A DNA stretch of 63,347 nt, the filler included, from Choristocarpus tenellus KU-1152 (Eukaryota; Protista; Phaeophyceae): assembly GCA_964200185.2 (NCBI GenBank). It is 12 parts of 12 records of this genome, joined end to end, with 100 filler letters (N's around TTAATTAATTAA, not from the genome) between each part and the next. Parts side by side here need not be neighbours in the genome. Positions count along the whole stretch, not along the records: positions 1 to 2,969 come from CAXNAD020023286.1; positions 3,070 to 19,513 come from CAXNAD020000828.1; 10 more parts are not named here. The stretch is one strand, 5' to 3'. Position 1 is the stretch's first letter; every line of letters starts with the position of its first letter. The notes beneath the pieces are model-generated. The model saw only the letters and a program-made list of their open reading frames with translations, did not search any database and was not told the DNA's origin. The position numbers and the translations under genes were made by a program. This document shows positions 1-12,494 of the stretch, piece by piece.

Positions 1-286
1 CGCCCCCCCTTGCAACAACCCCCCTTCACTGCGATTAACAACATGGTATGAACAGGCAAGAATCTGTTGGCAGTATATGTCGAATCTTTCTTAATACTGT
101 TAGCAGGAAATATCCAAAGACCATACTACTCCTCACTAATGGTCAGTTTGTAGGGTTAGGGCTACAGAATTCCCCTTAATTGAGATGTGCAACCTGCCCC
201 AAGCATATGTATATATATATATATATATCCCTTGTGTTAGAAGATGCTCCTCCATACGAAATTTTTCCATATCGGGGGTGACCACC

Positions 287-320
<34 letters not shown>

Positions 321-386
321 ATTCTTCTTTTTTAATATTATATAAATTTTATTTTCAATCAAAAAAACAAAATATANNNCCTCACG

Positions 387-437
<51 letters not shown>

Positions 438-1106
438 TTTTGTTTTATTAATCAATAAGAATTTTTAAAATCACCTTTCTAAACAAAAAATCCTCTATTT
501 CATCAAGAGCATCGTTCCGGTCGGAAAGGATTTGTTCCAGCAAAGGGCGATTTCATGCAATAGAGCCAGTCAGCGCCCCCAGACAGTGTGCCCTCTAAGA
601 AAGAGCCCACAGGCAGCAAGTCATAAGAGACGCAGACAATGCCTTTCATTTCAACAATCACATTGTCGCCCACTGATAAAAGTAAGAATCCAAAGATTCG
701 GCAGGCCTCCGATTTCCCTAAAAATCGGAGGTTGCCGAAGACTGAAGATCGGGAAGGGGAGGGGGGGGGATGGCGGGTCAGAACGGTATTGTATGTTGTA
801 CCAATAAGAGTATAACATAAATCCCATCACATATTGCCATCAAGTTCTCTCACGGTCATAATCCCATCACATACCGTACGCCCGAATAAACCCCATCCAC
901 AAAAACAAGATAAAACATCCCTGTGTTTTGGCCGTGACAAACTGTGGTGTTGTGTGACAGTCCCAGATAAGTGTTATTAGTTGGTTTGTGCATTGCGATG
1001 GCTCCCACTGTTATTAGTTGGAATCCCCAAACGATAGGATGGTAAATTGGGTTTCTGCTCTGGGCAAGCCCAATAGCCGGCACAGCCTGAAATACCGTGA
1101 TGAAAT

Positions 1107-1160
1107 TGTGTTGTGTTGTGTTGTGTTGTGTTGTGTTGTGTGTTGTGTTGCGTTGTGTGT
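1107..1160. repeat. (TGTTG)n microsatellite
   Basis: Direct reading; lies in the intron 3' of the exon above. Confidence 0.9.
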
Positions 1161-1174
1161 TTAGTCTTGATTAC

Positions 1175-1276
1175 CTTCTGTGCTCGATACCAGTTGTCCG
1201 CCACACTCCCATCTTGCTGAACTGAGGAGCCCGTGATGATTGGAATCTCCTCCAGCTTTTGGAGGACATCTCCTCC
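1175..1276 (-). CDS. Internal exon, probable cyclophilin-type peptidyl-prolyl isomerase (C-terminal part)
   Basis: Canonical ctgcag|...AAG|gtaa boundaries. 34 open codons, GGDVLQKLEEIPIITGSSVQQDGSVADNWYRAQK, resembling the 'EGxDVxxKIExxP' segment that follows the FGxV motif of cyclophilins. Other exons were not identified. Confidence 0.45.
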
Positions 1277-2527
1277 CTGCAGACGGTATTATGCACGACA
1301 GAAAATAATAATAATAATAATAATAACAGGGTGACAGCAAAGGAGAAAATAAATAAAATGTCCGTCTACTGTCGTAACGTGTATGGATAGTCCAGTAGAA
1401 AAATAAATAAATAAATAAATATATAAATGGTTACCAATAAAATAATCAGGGTCATGTGATGTAATGTGTAGCCTAGCGGACAAAAAAAAAGAAAAAATCG
1501 ACCACGCTTTCTCGACAGATTCAACCACGCTTGCACTATTAATGATAATGCGTATAATCCAGGTCGGTCAGGGCAGGGCTCTAGAGCTCTAGTGTCAGCA
1601 AAACTAGTAGACCAGAGTGTACTCTCAGGCTATTGATGACAGACAAGAAAAAAATATACATCCTCACCGAGGGATTTCATAGGTTCAAAGGGCAGATTCT
1701 TATCTCATTAATAAGAACACCTCATTTCTTGAATGTAATATTTGATGCAATCATATTTAAGGACCTACTCAAGAATCAATTCATTTATTTTTTCCTTCAG
1801 TGGACACATTCAAATAAAGCAGTATGTATCCTGGAACCTTTAGTTGGGGGGCATACTAGGGCTAGGGCAAAGCCCATACACTTCCTAAACATTTAGTAGG
1901 ACCTGTGCCCCACCCCCCAGCTTGCTATGTTGATAGTACTATGTACAGTATATTTCCTAAGACGGTGGAAATCATTGAGAGCTTAACTTCCAAGATCCTG
2001 CATGCTGAAAAATGATGAAGTGATTTCCCCCCCTCTCCCACATATTGGATTTTGTAAGTGTCTTTGTGTACGAATTCCAATTTCTCAAAAAGAAAAGGAA
2101 TCACAATGAAGGTATGGGGGTATGACCCACAGACTCAAACATCAGTAAACACAAAAAGTGTTCTCATTAAAAAAAATCATATGTGTATGCATTCATGGTA
2201 CAAAGAGAGCACACTACTTGTACAAAATCATACATGAGGGGGGGGAACTTAGGAAACATAAGCACCTCTACACATGCACACTCCCTTACATGCCACCACA
2301 AAATGGTACTTATGAGCACAGACCAGAGGAGAGGAGACACACACACATAGAGAGAGAGAAAGAGAGATAGAGAGTCCATCTAGTCCACCTCGGCACTTCA
2401 TTATAAATAAAAATCAATAAATCAATAAATCAATAAAAGTTTGAAATAAAAAAGAACAGGAAAAAAAGTCTCTTAGAACACCACCGTCTTTCTCCTCAAC
2501 AAAAATTAAAAACATTCAAAACTGCAA

Positions 2528-2538
2528 TGTTATTATTA

Positions 2539-2575
<37 letters not shown>
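2528..2575. repeat. (TTA)n microsatellite
   Basis: Direct reading; explains the spurious poly-Leu ORF at 2527. Confidence 0.9.
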
Positions 2576-2577
<2 letters not shown>

Positions 2578-2969
2578 GGAACAGGCACACGCTTGGTTGT
2601 ATGCCTCCATTCTAAAATTGAAGACAAACTGTCTCTATATTTTTATTATTATATACTGTCGAGAGCAACAAGAGCGGTGAGGGACAAACAGCAGCAGTCC
2701 CCCCCCCCCAATTTTTTCTAATAATGATAGAAAAAAAAGAGTTTGTATTGTAGCATACGGTTTTGAATTACTATTATTGCAAGCGCAAAGTGGGTAGAGA
2801 GTCATTACACCCAAGCACCCTAACCCTAACATCTCAACACACCAGAGAGATAAAACGGAAATAAAATAGTAGTATCACAACAAAAAATCAAGTGTGGAGG
2901 GGGGTATCTCACCCGACCCTCGTGAACACCATTACTGCAACATGTTTCCTTCTGGTCTTCAGATAGGCC

Positions 2970-3069
2970 NNNNNNNNNNNNNNNNNNNNNNNNNNNNNNN
3001 NNNNNNNNNNNNNTTAATTAATTAANNNNNNNNNNNNNNNNNNNNNNNNNNNNNNNNNNNNNNNNNNNN
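2970..3069. other. Artificial contig linker (44 N + TTAATTAATTAA + 44 N). Identical linkers at 19514-19613, 22295-22394, 25444-25543, 30247-30346, 35591-35690, 42586-42685, 45694-45793, 53286-53385, 56860-56959 and 59702-59801
   Basis: The same 100-bp string occurs 11 times; TTAATTAATTAA places stops in all six frames, a standard concatenation spacer. Confidence 0.98.
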
Positions 3070-6000
3070 GTGCTGTAGGGACGGGTTAATCAGATCTCCT
3101 CCCTCCTGCCAGAGGCCAAGAGCCACCCCCCGGGTAACCCCCCCCCCCCCCCCCCCCCCAGATACTGTGAGCCAAAGGTACGTCTATAGTCATATTTCGA
3201 AATCACAAAGCTCACAGCCCTCAAAGATCGCAACCAAAGAGTATGTATGATGGAGATTATCACGTCCAGGTCACACTTCAGGCGCAACAAATGACACAAG
3301 AGAGACCACAATTTTGCTACACTTGTACCTCTGAAGTTTGTGAAAGCGCTTGGTGCTCAGATTGACCAAGATGACATTCCAGAAGAGTATACAGCATATA
3401 CTATGAACTAAGCTTCGCTTATAACACTACAGAGATCAGGGAAGAGGTCAGAATTTGGAAATTGCTACAACTGCAACCATTCACTCACTGTGCATCCAAC
3501 ATTGTGCCCTTGCCTAATTTTCTTTGCTTCATGGCCAGAGCTTTTTCATCATGCCAAGTGTGCAGTAAGTGGTTTCATGATGAGGGAAATTCAGGCACAG
3601 GAAGCTGAGGAAGTTGAGTGCACAATCCGCACACTTCATAGTCACATCACAGGACTTCAAGTATCTAACAACACGTTTTGGTCAAAGTGAGGAACAAGTA
3701 CTTCTGCAAACTGAGTGGGTAGCGTAGGCATGAATGCTATCTCGTATAGTATGTTGAACCTAAGGTATAAAGCCCGAACTGGACAAGCATGAAACCTCCT
3801 ACATAAACAAAACCGTAAAGTATGGGCAGGATCCCTAGCCTGCACAATAAAGGTGCATGTGGTTCAGGTGATGTATTTCTGAGGATCTCCCTCTGTTTAT
3901 TATGGTCTATCTATTGATTCAATCTCCCGACAAACATGTCACCAAGCACCAAGGTGCTCATTTGACAATGCAATGCCCTGAACACAGACTACTATCGTTT
4001 CATCACCTCATCTTTTCACAAAGATGCACACAACCAGCCAACGCAACAATTCTATAGCACAAAGTTAACACATTTAATACCAACATGGTAAATTTTACGG
4101 ACACAACGATTGTTCTGTATGTTTTGGAATCGAGTGCTATAGGATGAAAATACTCTTCTGTATATTTTCGTGTGGAGTGTTATGGGACAAAAATATAGTA
4201 TAAGCTCAATCTAATGTGGTACATACACTGTGTGTATTGGACAATTGAGGAGGTACAGGATCCACAACATCAGAGCACATAAGTTTACATGGATCACTGT
4301 CTTAATCACACCGCTGAAATAACGATAAATCAAAGAGAGTCCTACTGAACAAAAGAGTCAATGATATTGACTTGTGTAAGATTTTGTTCCCATGGTTGAG
4401 ATACCACCTCAGACATCGGCGTCTTGGCCACATAGATTGAGGAGATACAATAGCAAGTTGATGTCCCCATGAGCACCACCGACATCACAATCCTACATGA
4501 TTACTGTAAGCAGCTCTGTAACGCCATCCATCCTGTCAACCAGCAGTGCAGGCAAACCAGCAACTCCTACCGCCATAGGTCAGTGGAACTGGAGGTCGTC
4601 AAGGGGTTAATTGCTTCCTTCACAACTTATGCCAGATTGGTGTTTGGAGTGCAATGTGCCTGTGACAAACACAAGTCAGTCTCCCATCCACTGCTCGGTT
4701 GTGCACACTAAGAAAGCAACAGCAAAATAAATATATAAATGGTGCCAACAGTAACACACACTGTTTCTAGTGCAACTCGAGCATGCACATAGGGCAGACG
4801 CAGCAAGGGGAACCTTTTTCAAAATAAACAACTGTACTTGCCCTGCAACCAATTATTCAAAGGGAAATTATTCTGTGACCAGATGAAAGTTTTCGGTTTA
4901 ACTGGAAACACAAGTCCTTTGGCTTCGCATGACACAGATAAAAAAAACCCTTTAATCTAAACACTTGATTTGGTGACAGAAAAAACAAGCTGCATGGGCT
5001 CGTAGCACAGTCTATCCTTGGGTATCCTACACTTGCGGTTGCTGTTTTAAATCGTGACATCTGTATGGTAGGACAATGATATCTCACAATCGGGCTTCAA
5101 ATGAACTGGGGAATATGGAGATGGTGCTATTGTCTGTGGGTGATATGATTTCATCCCCAAAGGACCAGTGGTGCTGAGGGGAGTTGTAAAGCTGGCGGTG
5201 CATGATTCCCTAACAGGCCCTCAGGAACTTGGAGTTGTGCAATATTTACACTGTCAACATCAACCCAAATTTGATGTCTACTTTGATGCTCCTGAGCACA
5301 ACTCTCGACTGCAAAAAAAATATGTATAGAAACAGCAAAAGAGTGAGGGTGCAGGTGCCAGTCTGCTTCTATCAGCAAACAAGCAAGCTCAATGGAGGGG
5401 GGGAAACAGTGCTTCAATGGTGCTGGCACAAAAGGAAACCTCTTGCTAGGTACCACTATGATTCCATTTTTTTCATCTACTCCTACACTGTACCTCATGC
5501 TGACCTTTCCAATTTGGAAGCAATCGAGCAATCACTCCTTTTCCCACTTTCTTTCATTTGCTTCAGCCATCCCCACTACTCAGGAGACTTTCTTCGGCAA
5601 TGGTAATCTGGAATCGATCATGTAGAGGTTCTGAAATATCCCGTATGGTTTCTCCTTCTAACCCAGTTACTACCACTCCATCTACATCCTGTAGTAAGAT
5701 GGACTCTAGGGTTGTTCTGTTGCACATGAAAGTTTATTGTTGTGGATACTTTCGAAGCCCAGTTCAATCAGGCGATTATGATAAAAAACAACAACATGCC
5801 AATTCATTGGTTATGTCATAATCCACATAAGCCCTTATACCGCTTACATACTTGCAGTGTTCCATCTGCTCCACGCTATTTGTGTCTTTCTGGTTGTTTT
5901 ACATATCACAAGTCCTGTTGGACTGGACTTCCAGAAATGCCGCATCGACATTGTGCTATAATATGTCCAGCAGTTTGAGGTCCCAAGAGTCAGGATGACC

Positions 6001-8435
6001 TGTACATTTTATATTTTACCCACTGGTATGAAACCGAAACCCTATATTACACCTCTAGCAACCTCTGCCTTGTAAATAGACCATACTGCAACAGACACCA
6101 CGTGTGCCACAAGTACAAGTACGCTAACAGATGTATTGAATAGTCTGAATACAATTACCAACAAGTCAGAGTCACTCTAGGGCGGATATTTACATTTGCC
6201 CACAATGACATCCACAATAACTAATATAGGCTACTGTGAGGGGAGGGTAAAGGATTCAAGCAGGAAATCAGAGGTGGGCCTCAGATACATGAAATGACTC
6301 ATACTAAGATTGAGGTTAAGGGTTAGGGTTCACGTAGACAAAAAATTAAACATTTTACACTGATATAATAACCCGTGATAAACATTGGGGCAATGGAATG
6401 TTTATCCAAGAACTTTGGTAGTATACATTCCTTTGTATCAGGTGAAGTACAAGCGCCTTGCCAAACGGTCAAGTGCCCAGAACCCCCAAGACTTTGAGCC
6501 AATGTATTCTATGGGGTGTGTGGATTTAGGCCCTTTTGAGAATAGGGGCTCATAATTCCTGCCTGACACCGCCATTCCAATACACATATTGCACGTAACC
6601 CTGACCAGAAGGCTGAGGTTGTAGAAGAGGAGACAAACATTTGTCCATGCAAGTGTTAATCACTCTCCAGAGTGCTAGGAATACATGCACAATAAGGCAG
6701 TCACAGGGGCCCCTTTGCACTCAACAACACTCCCGTCCAAGGTACTATGGTTTCCATTGTTTCTGTCTATCCATATGTACACCATGCGCAGACAGTGCTA
6801 GATTCAGGTCCCTTGCCACCCGTCAACTATTGACAGATTGCTACACCACCCAACAATAAAAACATGATGAGGTGGTTCCTACAATGCCTCGCCCTTCTGC
6901 ACGCTCCTTCCACTCACCGTTCAAGATTATCTTCTCCTCTTACCAGGGCCTCAACCACTCGTCGCATGCCTGCATGGGCTGTAGGTTCATCTTCAAGGAG
7001 GAAGTTGGTCAGTGAGTATGAGCTGATGAATTGCGCCGCCTGTGAGGGGGTGAAGGCATGGTGTGACTGGCATGTGAGACTATATGCTACTCATCACATA
7101 TATGCCTAGTACGTACTATAGTCTAGAAGGTGGGTAATGTGTTGGGGGAGGAATGATGGCATTATGGGTGTTGATATCAGTCAGAAAAATAAGACAAAGT
7201 AGTGCATTTCAACCATTTCGACATCATGTATCTCCATTATTCTATAAGTCTTACACAGTACATGACATGTACCAGACTGCAAACATTGCACCTGCAATGT
7301 GCAACACAAAACTGGACCAAAGTTTGACAGAATGTGACAGTACCCAATGAGAACAGTGCGCATCATTATTACCATATAAGATCTTAAGACAATTTCCTAC
7401 TACCTTGGAGGGGAAGAAAGGAGGGTTACACCCCTGAAGAATGATAAATAGCACCACTCAATTATGTGCTTGAAACCAAGTTAGTTATCTATTGCTGACA
7501 GCAGTGGTATTAGATGGAATGGGTGAGTAGCAGCATTGAGACATATATGTCAACAGTTCAACGAAACAAATTAAGCCGATGTCCAGGACCATGTGCCTAG
7601 CCTAAATATTGACACAACCTTACCCAAATGGCCTTCCCTCAAGGGACAACCACTATCCTTGGTCTTCTCCCCCTGTCTTCTTAACCCCTGTTCCTTACCG
7701 TGACCAGGGACTGCCGAGGGTCTCCCAACGCTTGCATGGCCCTGTCCGCCACCTCCCTCTGCAGCCTCAGCAGCCAGTAAAGCTGATTGCTTTGTCGATC
7801 TCCATGAACACTAACACCTTCAACAAATGAAGGACTATTTGAATGAGCATCGGATCTGCACTCAGGGCCTAACCCCCCTTCCCTTTCCTCGGTTGCCATC
7901 ACTGCTTCCACCCCTTCTCCTGCTCTATCTATTGAGTCCATTGGCATCATGGCCCTCACCCCAGCATCAGCTGTGGCTACACCCCCAAGCTCTGTTATTG
8001 AGGCAAAGATATCTGCAAGCGAAAAAGAGCGAGCAATTTCTTTGAGGTGGTCCAGGCTGGTCTGGTGTTGGGTATGAGGATAACCCTCCAGTGCGGCACA
8101 GAGCCCAGCAAGGGTGGCAGGATGCATTATCATCTCTGTTTTAGTTGTTTTGCACTGTGGTCTCATTCTTAACCTCCTTGACCCTTCAGCGGGATTACAT
8201 CCTAGCTCTGTATCCTGGAGGAAGACCAATTCTTGCAAGGCCTTCTGAGCACAAGAACAGACAAATCCTGCTGTCTTTCATACAGGAGTTGTACACAACA
8301 GATGACAAGGATAGAGGCAGGGAGGGTGGTGGTGGTCAGGGGGGAGAATTTCTTGACCATAAGCATACTGCACTAGTTCTGTACCCGGTGAACATACCAG
8401 GCAGGATAGTGGACATTTAGGGTCGATACCACACT

Positions 8436-8690
8436 GAGTCAAAGTATACGAGAGATACCCAGAGTTGCATTTTAAGGATATTGACAAAAATTCACAAAAT
8501 CGTCTTTGTTTACAGATTATCTGGAGGATACTTTCTGATTTGTGTTGGAAACGTTTCAAACAATACAGAAATCAACGTTCTCAAGTCAAACCAAGTGCTT
8601 CACCCATAGAAATATGGGTGAATTGCAAAAGATTGAAAACTGGCTTAAAATGCAAAATGGCCAAAAACTGGGTACCTCTCTTTACTTGGG
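8436..8690 (-). mobile_element. MITE family B copy (~260 bp)
   Basis: Inverted homologue of 31903-32161; GAGTCAAAGTA terminus. Confidence 0.8.
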
Positions 8691-11451
8691 CAAACTGGTG
8701 TGTGATACACCCGTTTGAAGAAGGGGTGGACTTAAGAAGAGGGCAACAGAGTGACAAGCTAAAGTTGTGATGGTGATCTCAGTCACTACCATATCTATAG
8801 TAAGTCTCTGCCCAAGGGAATTTTCAAGTTTTATGGGGTCTATAGCATGCTAGGAACACGTAAGTACATATTGTTCTGTAGTTGTGAAGAATATGTCTCG
8901 TGTGCCCAACTCTCTGCATGGAGGGCACATAGTGCTTGTAGGCAAGACATTGTAGAAATACTAACAACAGCGGTTCTCTATTCAGTTATTACTTTAAGAA
9001 AATACAACAAACGTTGGGAATATTTTGAACCAAATCACTGTTGCAGCCCTGGATGCCTCTATTATAATAGTGATCCACTCTGTGGATACACCCAATACAA
9101 ATAAATGGTCAAAAAAAAATGCAAGTGGAGAAAGTGATAGATTATGATAATAAAATACAGAATGAATCACAACAATGATTTCTGATGGTCTTTTGTTGGA
9201 ATGAGTTTCATTGACGCATATACACTGTTAGCAATACAACTTGGTAAATTAGAAGTCAATGTAACATGTTGTGGAAAGGGGGACTGTGGATATACTGTAG
9301 TTAATGCACAGGCAATGTACTAGCACAGGAAATTTGGTGGAAGTTTACTACATTTACTGGAAACTTCTAGCTCTGAGGTTGTGATAGTAGAGGAGAGGAG
9401 TTGAGTTCCCCTATCTGTTGTTCTCTCTCACTCTTCTTCTGCAAACCAAAAATATCACACCATAAAACAGAAAGGTCATGCCCTCTCCACAACCAGGGAC
9501 TCAGCTCATGTTTCATTACATACCTTGGAAGTTCTTGAAGTACACACTTCAAACTACATTGTGCATGATCACTTTTTCTCAAAATTTTTAACTGGCATCA
9601 CATTGCACAAGTTCAAACACATATCAAGCAATGAACAACACAAGCAGAGTTGAGCGCCTTTTTGAGATCAAACATTCCCTGCAAACTAAAGCCACCCAGT
9701 GAAACTTAGAGCATATCAACACTAATCTCTTCACACTTATATGCACAAGATACACGGTAAAAACTACTCAAGTACTCTGGAATCCGATTTTGCTCAATGC
9801 ACAACCCAGTTTATGCCGCAAATGTTTTCACCATAATGCTTCAATAGAAAATAGAAAAAAAAATCAAAACACACCAATGCTCAACCCCCAATATTGGAAT
9901 ACCATATTTCAGATGAATACATCAACCCCCCCCCCCCCCCCCCCCCCCCACTGAACAACCAAAAAGTATATTATTGATAAAAAGAATCGACACAAAGACC
10001 TCAGAAACAACAATCACCACAACGTTCCAAGAGCAGCATGATTTACACAACACAAAAAGAGCCCGACACCTCTAGGCATACTCACCCTAGCTTGAACTTT
10101 TGCTCCTAGACACAGCCTTTGCAGGCCATCCATCACATGCATGCAGAGACTCACGACTGCCTCCACCTGCAAGGAGACTTCGCCAACCTCACAAACTATG
10201 GAACTGCCACTGGTCCTAGACCCGACACCCTCCCAGACATCCGTCCTGTTTTGGCCTTTCATCCTGTCCACACTTGTCTCCTCCGTCAGCAACACCTCAC
10301 CATCTGCTGGGCTGCTGTTACAGCCTTGGTCAGTTGGTGGGCATTGTAGAAAAAACTGTGGTTGTTGCTGATGTTGTTCACTAGGATAGGACAAGGACAA
10401 CTGCAGAGATGTGGGTGTGCCAGTGTGGAAAAGTGTCCTCATGCCCCCCACCAAGTCTTTAACCACCTCTGACTTGTCTTCCCCTGTTCTCACCAAGATG
10501 AGCTGGGAATGCACATGTTGCGATAGCAGTAATCCTACAAGTGCCAAGGTATCTTCACCCTTCCCCTTCTCCACCCCTCTTTGTCTACCCCCCTCCAAAC
10601 AGTTCCTTGAAAGAGTGGGCGGATGGTCACATGAGTCTGCACCTACCACTACTGTCTCCTTCCCATCAGAAAGACCAGCAGCACCTCTGGGGCACCTCTG
10701 GCTGTAACTCTGGGCAGCCATTCTGCAGTACCCATGGACCACCCAGTCACCATCAGTCCTATCCCATGACATTTGTCTAACCTCTTCCTCAGTTCTGAAT
10801 ATGGTTTGAGCTGTACCTGAACTTTCAGGCTTTTTTCTGAACCCAGTCCCAACCTGATCCTCAGCACTCGTCCTCCTTCCTACTTTCGAACCATTTGCTA
10901 TTGCGGCTTCCATCCTCACCCTGTCCAAGTTGCCCTCCGCTGGGACTTGAGTCCCATCCTCCAATGTTGAACTTTCATCCCATTCCCACCATGACCTAGT
11001 GGTGACTTTGGGCAGTAAGCGGTACACTTCCTCAAGGAAGAGTCGTCTGCCAGGGATGAGGAACGTGCCAACATGATCCCACCATGTTTCCACACATTGT
11101 TGGAGGAAGCATAGGTGGGTTGATATGGATCGTGGAGTTGGGACATACAGCACATAAACATACACACAGGTTCAGACATACAACTGTGCATGCGACAGAC
11201 ATCAAACTAAAAAAAATAGAACTTCTACTCAATAGTTTACTGGTTTGTGGCAAGAGGTGATAAACAATGTCAAAGATCAGTATTTTTTTATTAGCATTAC
11301 AAATACTAAAGGTGAGCCATTACCTGTATCTAAAAATTAACGATATTTCTATTGATTGTAAGCAATCAATAGAACATCTAGTCTTACAAGTTTCGGTAGA
11401 TGAAGACCACAAGACATAAAATCTTAGCTGAAAGGTCTTTAAAATATGATT

Positions 11452-11746
11452 ATTATTCAGTACCTGATCAGATATTGCCCCACGACCAATAAAAAACTCA
11501 ACATCCACTTCTTTTCGTATAAACTTTTAAATGATTTTATCAAGAAGTTTCTTATATTTGTCCTTTTGATCACCCATCCAATAACGTGGAAGATATTCTT
11601 CAACTATTTTCATACCAAATCAGGCATAATATGTACCAAATATATTTTGGAATGAAATCCATTTACAAAATTTAATGCCAGAGGAAAGACTGCTTCAATA
11701 GACTGCTTCACTGACAAATCAACTGGAATCACTATATTTTACACAT
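11452..11746 (-). pseudogene. uspA: Universal stress protein (UspA family), Rickettsiaceae-type; frameshifted and 3'-truncated
   Basis: Restoring two single-base deletions in homopolymers gives MCKNIVIPVDLSVKQSIEAVFPLALNFVNGFHSKIYLVHIMPDFGMKIVEEYLPRYWMGDQKDKYKKLLDKII*KFIRKEVDVEFFIGRGAISDQVLN. This has the Usp N-terminal 'KNILIPVDLS' motif and the 'PDFGMKxxEdYLPxxW...IGRGAvxDxi' pattern I recall from Rickettsia UspA. The C-terminal ADLIII/LG-S part is missing. Confidence 0.85.
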
Positions 11747-11797
11747 AACCACTATCTCTATCCTACTTTATTAATTTAAACCTAGGAAATATTAAAC

Positions 11798-12133
11798 CTA
11801 TTGCAACGTAGGATATGCCATCTTAAATTTAGAAAACTTTACACTAAAACAGTCAAGAAGTTTTTTTAACAGCATAAATTTTCTAGAAACAAAAATTGTC
11901 AGAACTGCCGCCGTATCTTGATCTTTAGTAGCGTCATGGTACTCATACTCTTGTAGAATAGCCTGATAAAAAATAGGATTACTCCTTGAAAGCAAACATA
12001 ACTTATCACTATTAACTGTTACAAAATTTGATTCACATTCATGTTTCATTATATTTACTAGCTTATCAAGTATCAAACGTAAACGTATCAATTGATACAT
12101 AACATTAAAAGGCTCAATTACTATATTAGACAA
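11798..12133 (-). CDS. Bacterial-type hypothetical protein fragment inside the AT-rich island
   Basis: 111 open codons in very AT-rich DNA, directly upstream of uspA on the same strand. The frame extends upstream through stops to about 12220. No family recognised. Confidence 0.35.
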   Translation of the reverse strand: MSNIVIEPFNVMYQLIRLRLILDKLVNIMKHECESNFVTVNSDKLCLLSRSNPIFYQAILQEYEYHDATKDQDTAAVLTIFVSRKFMLLKKLLDCFSVKFSKFKMAYPTLQ

Positions 12134-12249
12134 TCTGAAGTCAAAATTGATCTTTTAGCGGTTTAACAAAAATTATGCGGCATAAAGTCTTGCTACTTGC
12201 ACTTTATACATTAACCTATGATGACTTTTATGTATCTCTATCAAGAGTA

Positions 12250-12494
12250 CCCTCTATGCTGGTGCTGCATTTAGTTATCCAATAATATTTGCAAATTCTT
12301 TACATATTTTTCCAGAAATAAAAGGAACAGCATCTTTAATTATTGTTAATGTTAGAATGTTTGTTATAGGAATACTTATCAAAATAATTAGTGAAATTTA
12401 TATCAGTAGATTATTTTAAGTAGCAATCGTTATTTTTGTTGGTAACATTATTTACATAATATTTACATTCTATCTATCTTCTAAAAAAAAATAG
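12250..12494 (+). pseudogene. 3' fragment of a Bcr/CflA (DHA1) family MFS transporter, bacterial
   Basis: YAGAAFSYPIIFANSLHIFPEIKGTASLIIVNVRMFVIGILIKIISEIYISRLF*VAIVIFVGNIIYIIFTFYLSSKKK*. Contains the 'sLeiFPeikGtAS' TM10-TM11 loop typical of Bcr/CflA, hydrophobic TM11-12 and a basic tail ending at a natural TAG (12492-12494). One internal TAA at 12417-12419. Confidence 0.75.

Noticed and set aside
185-455. Poly-Pro/poly-Gly ORFs (also 53102-54285)
   Set aside because: Translations of poly-C/G homopolymer tracts with Ns; low-quality non-coding sequence.
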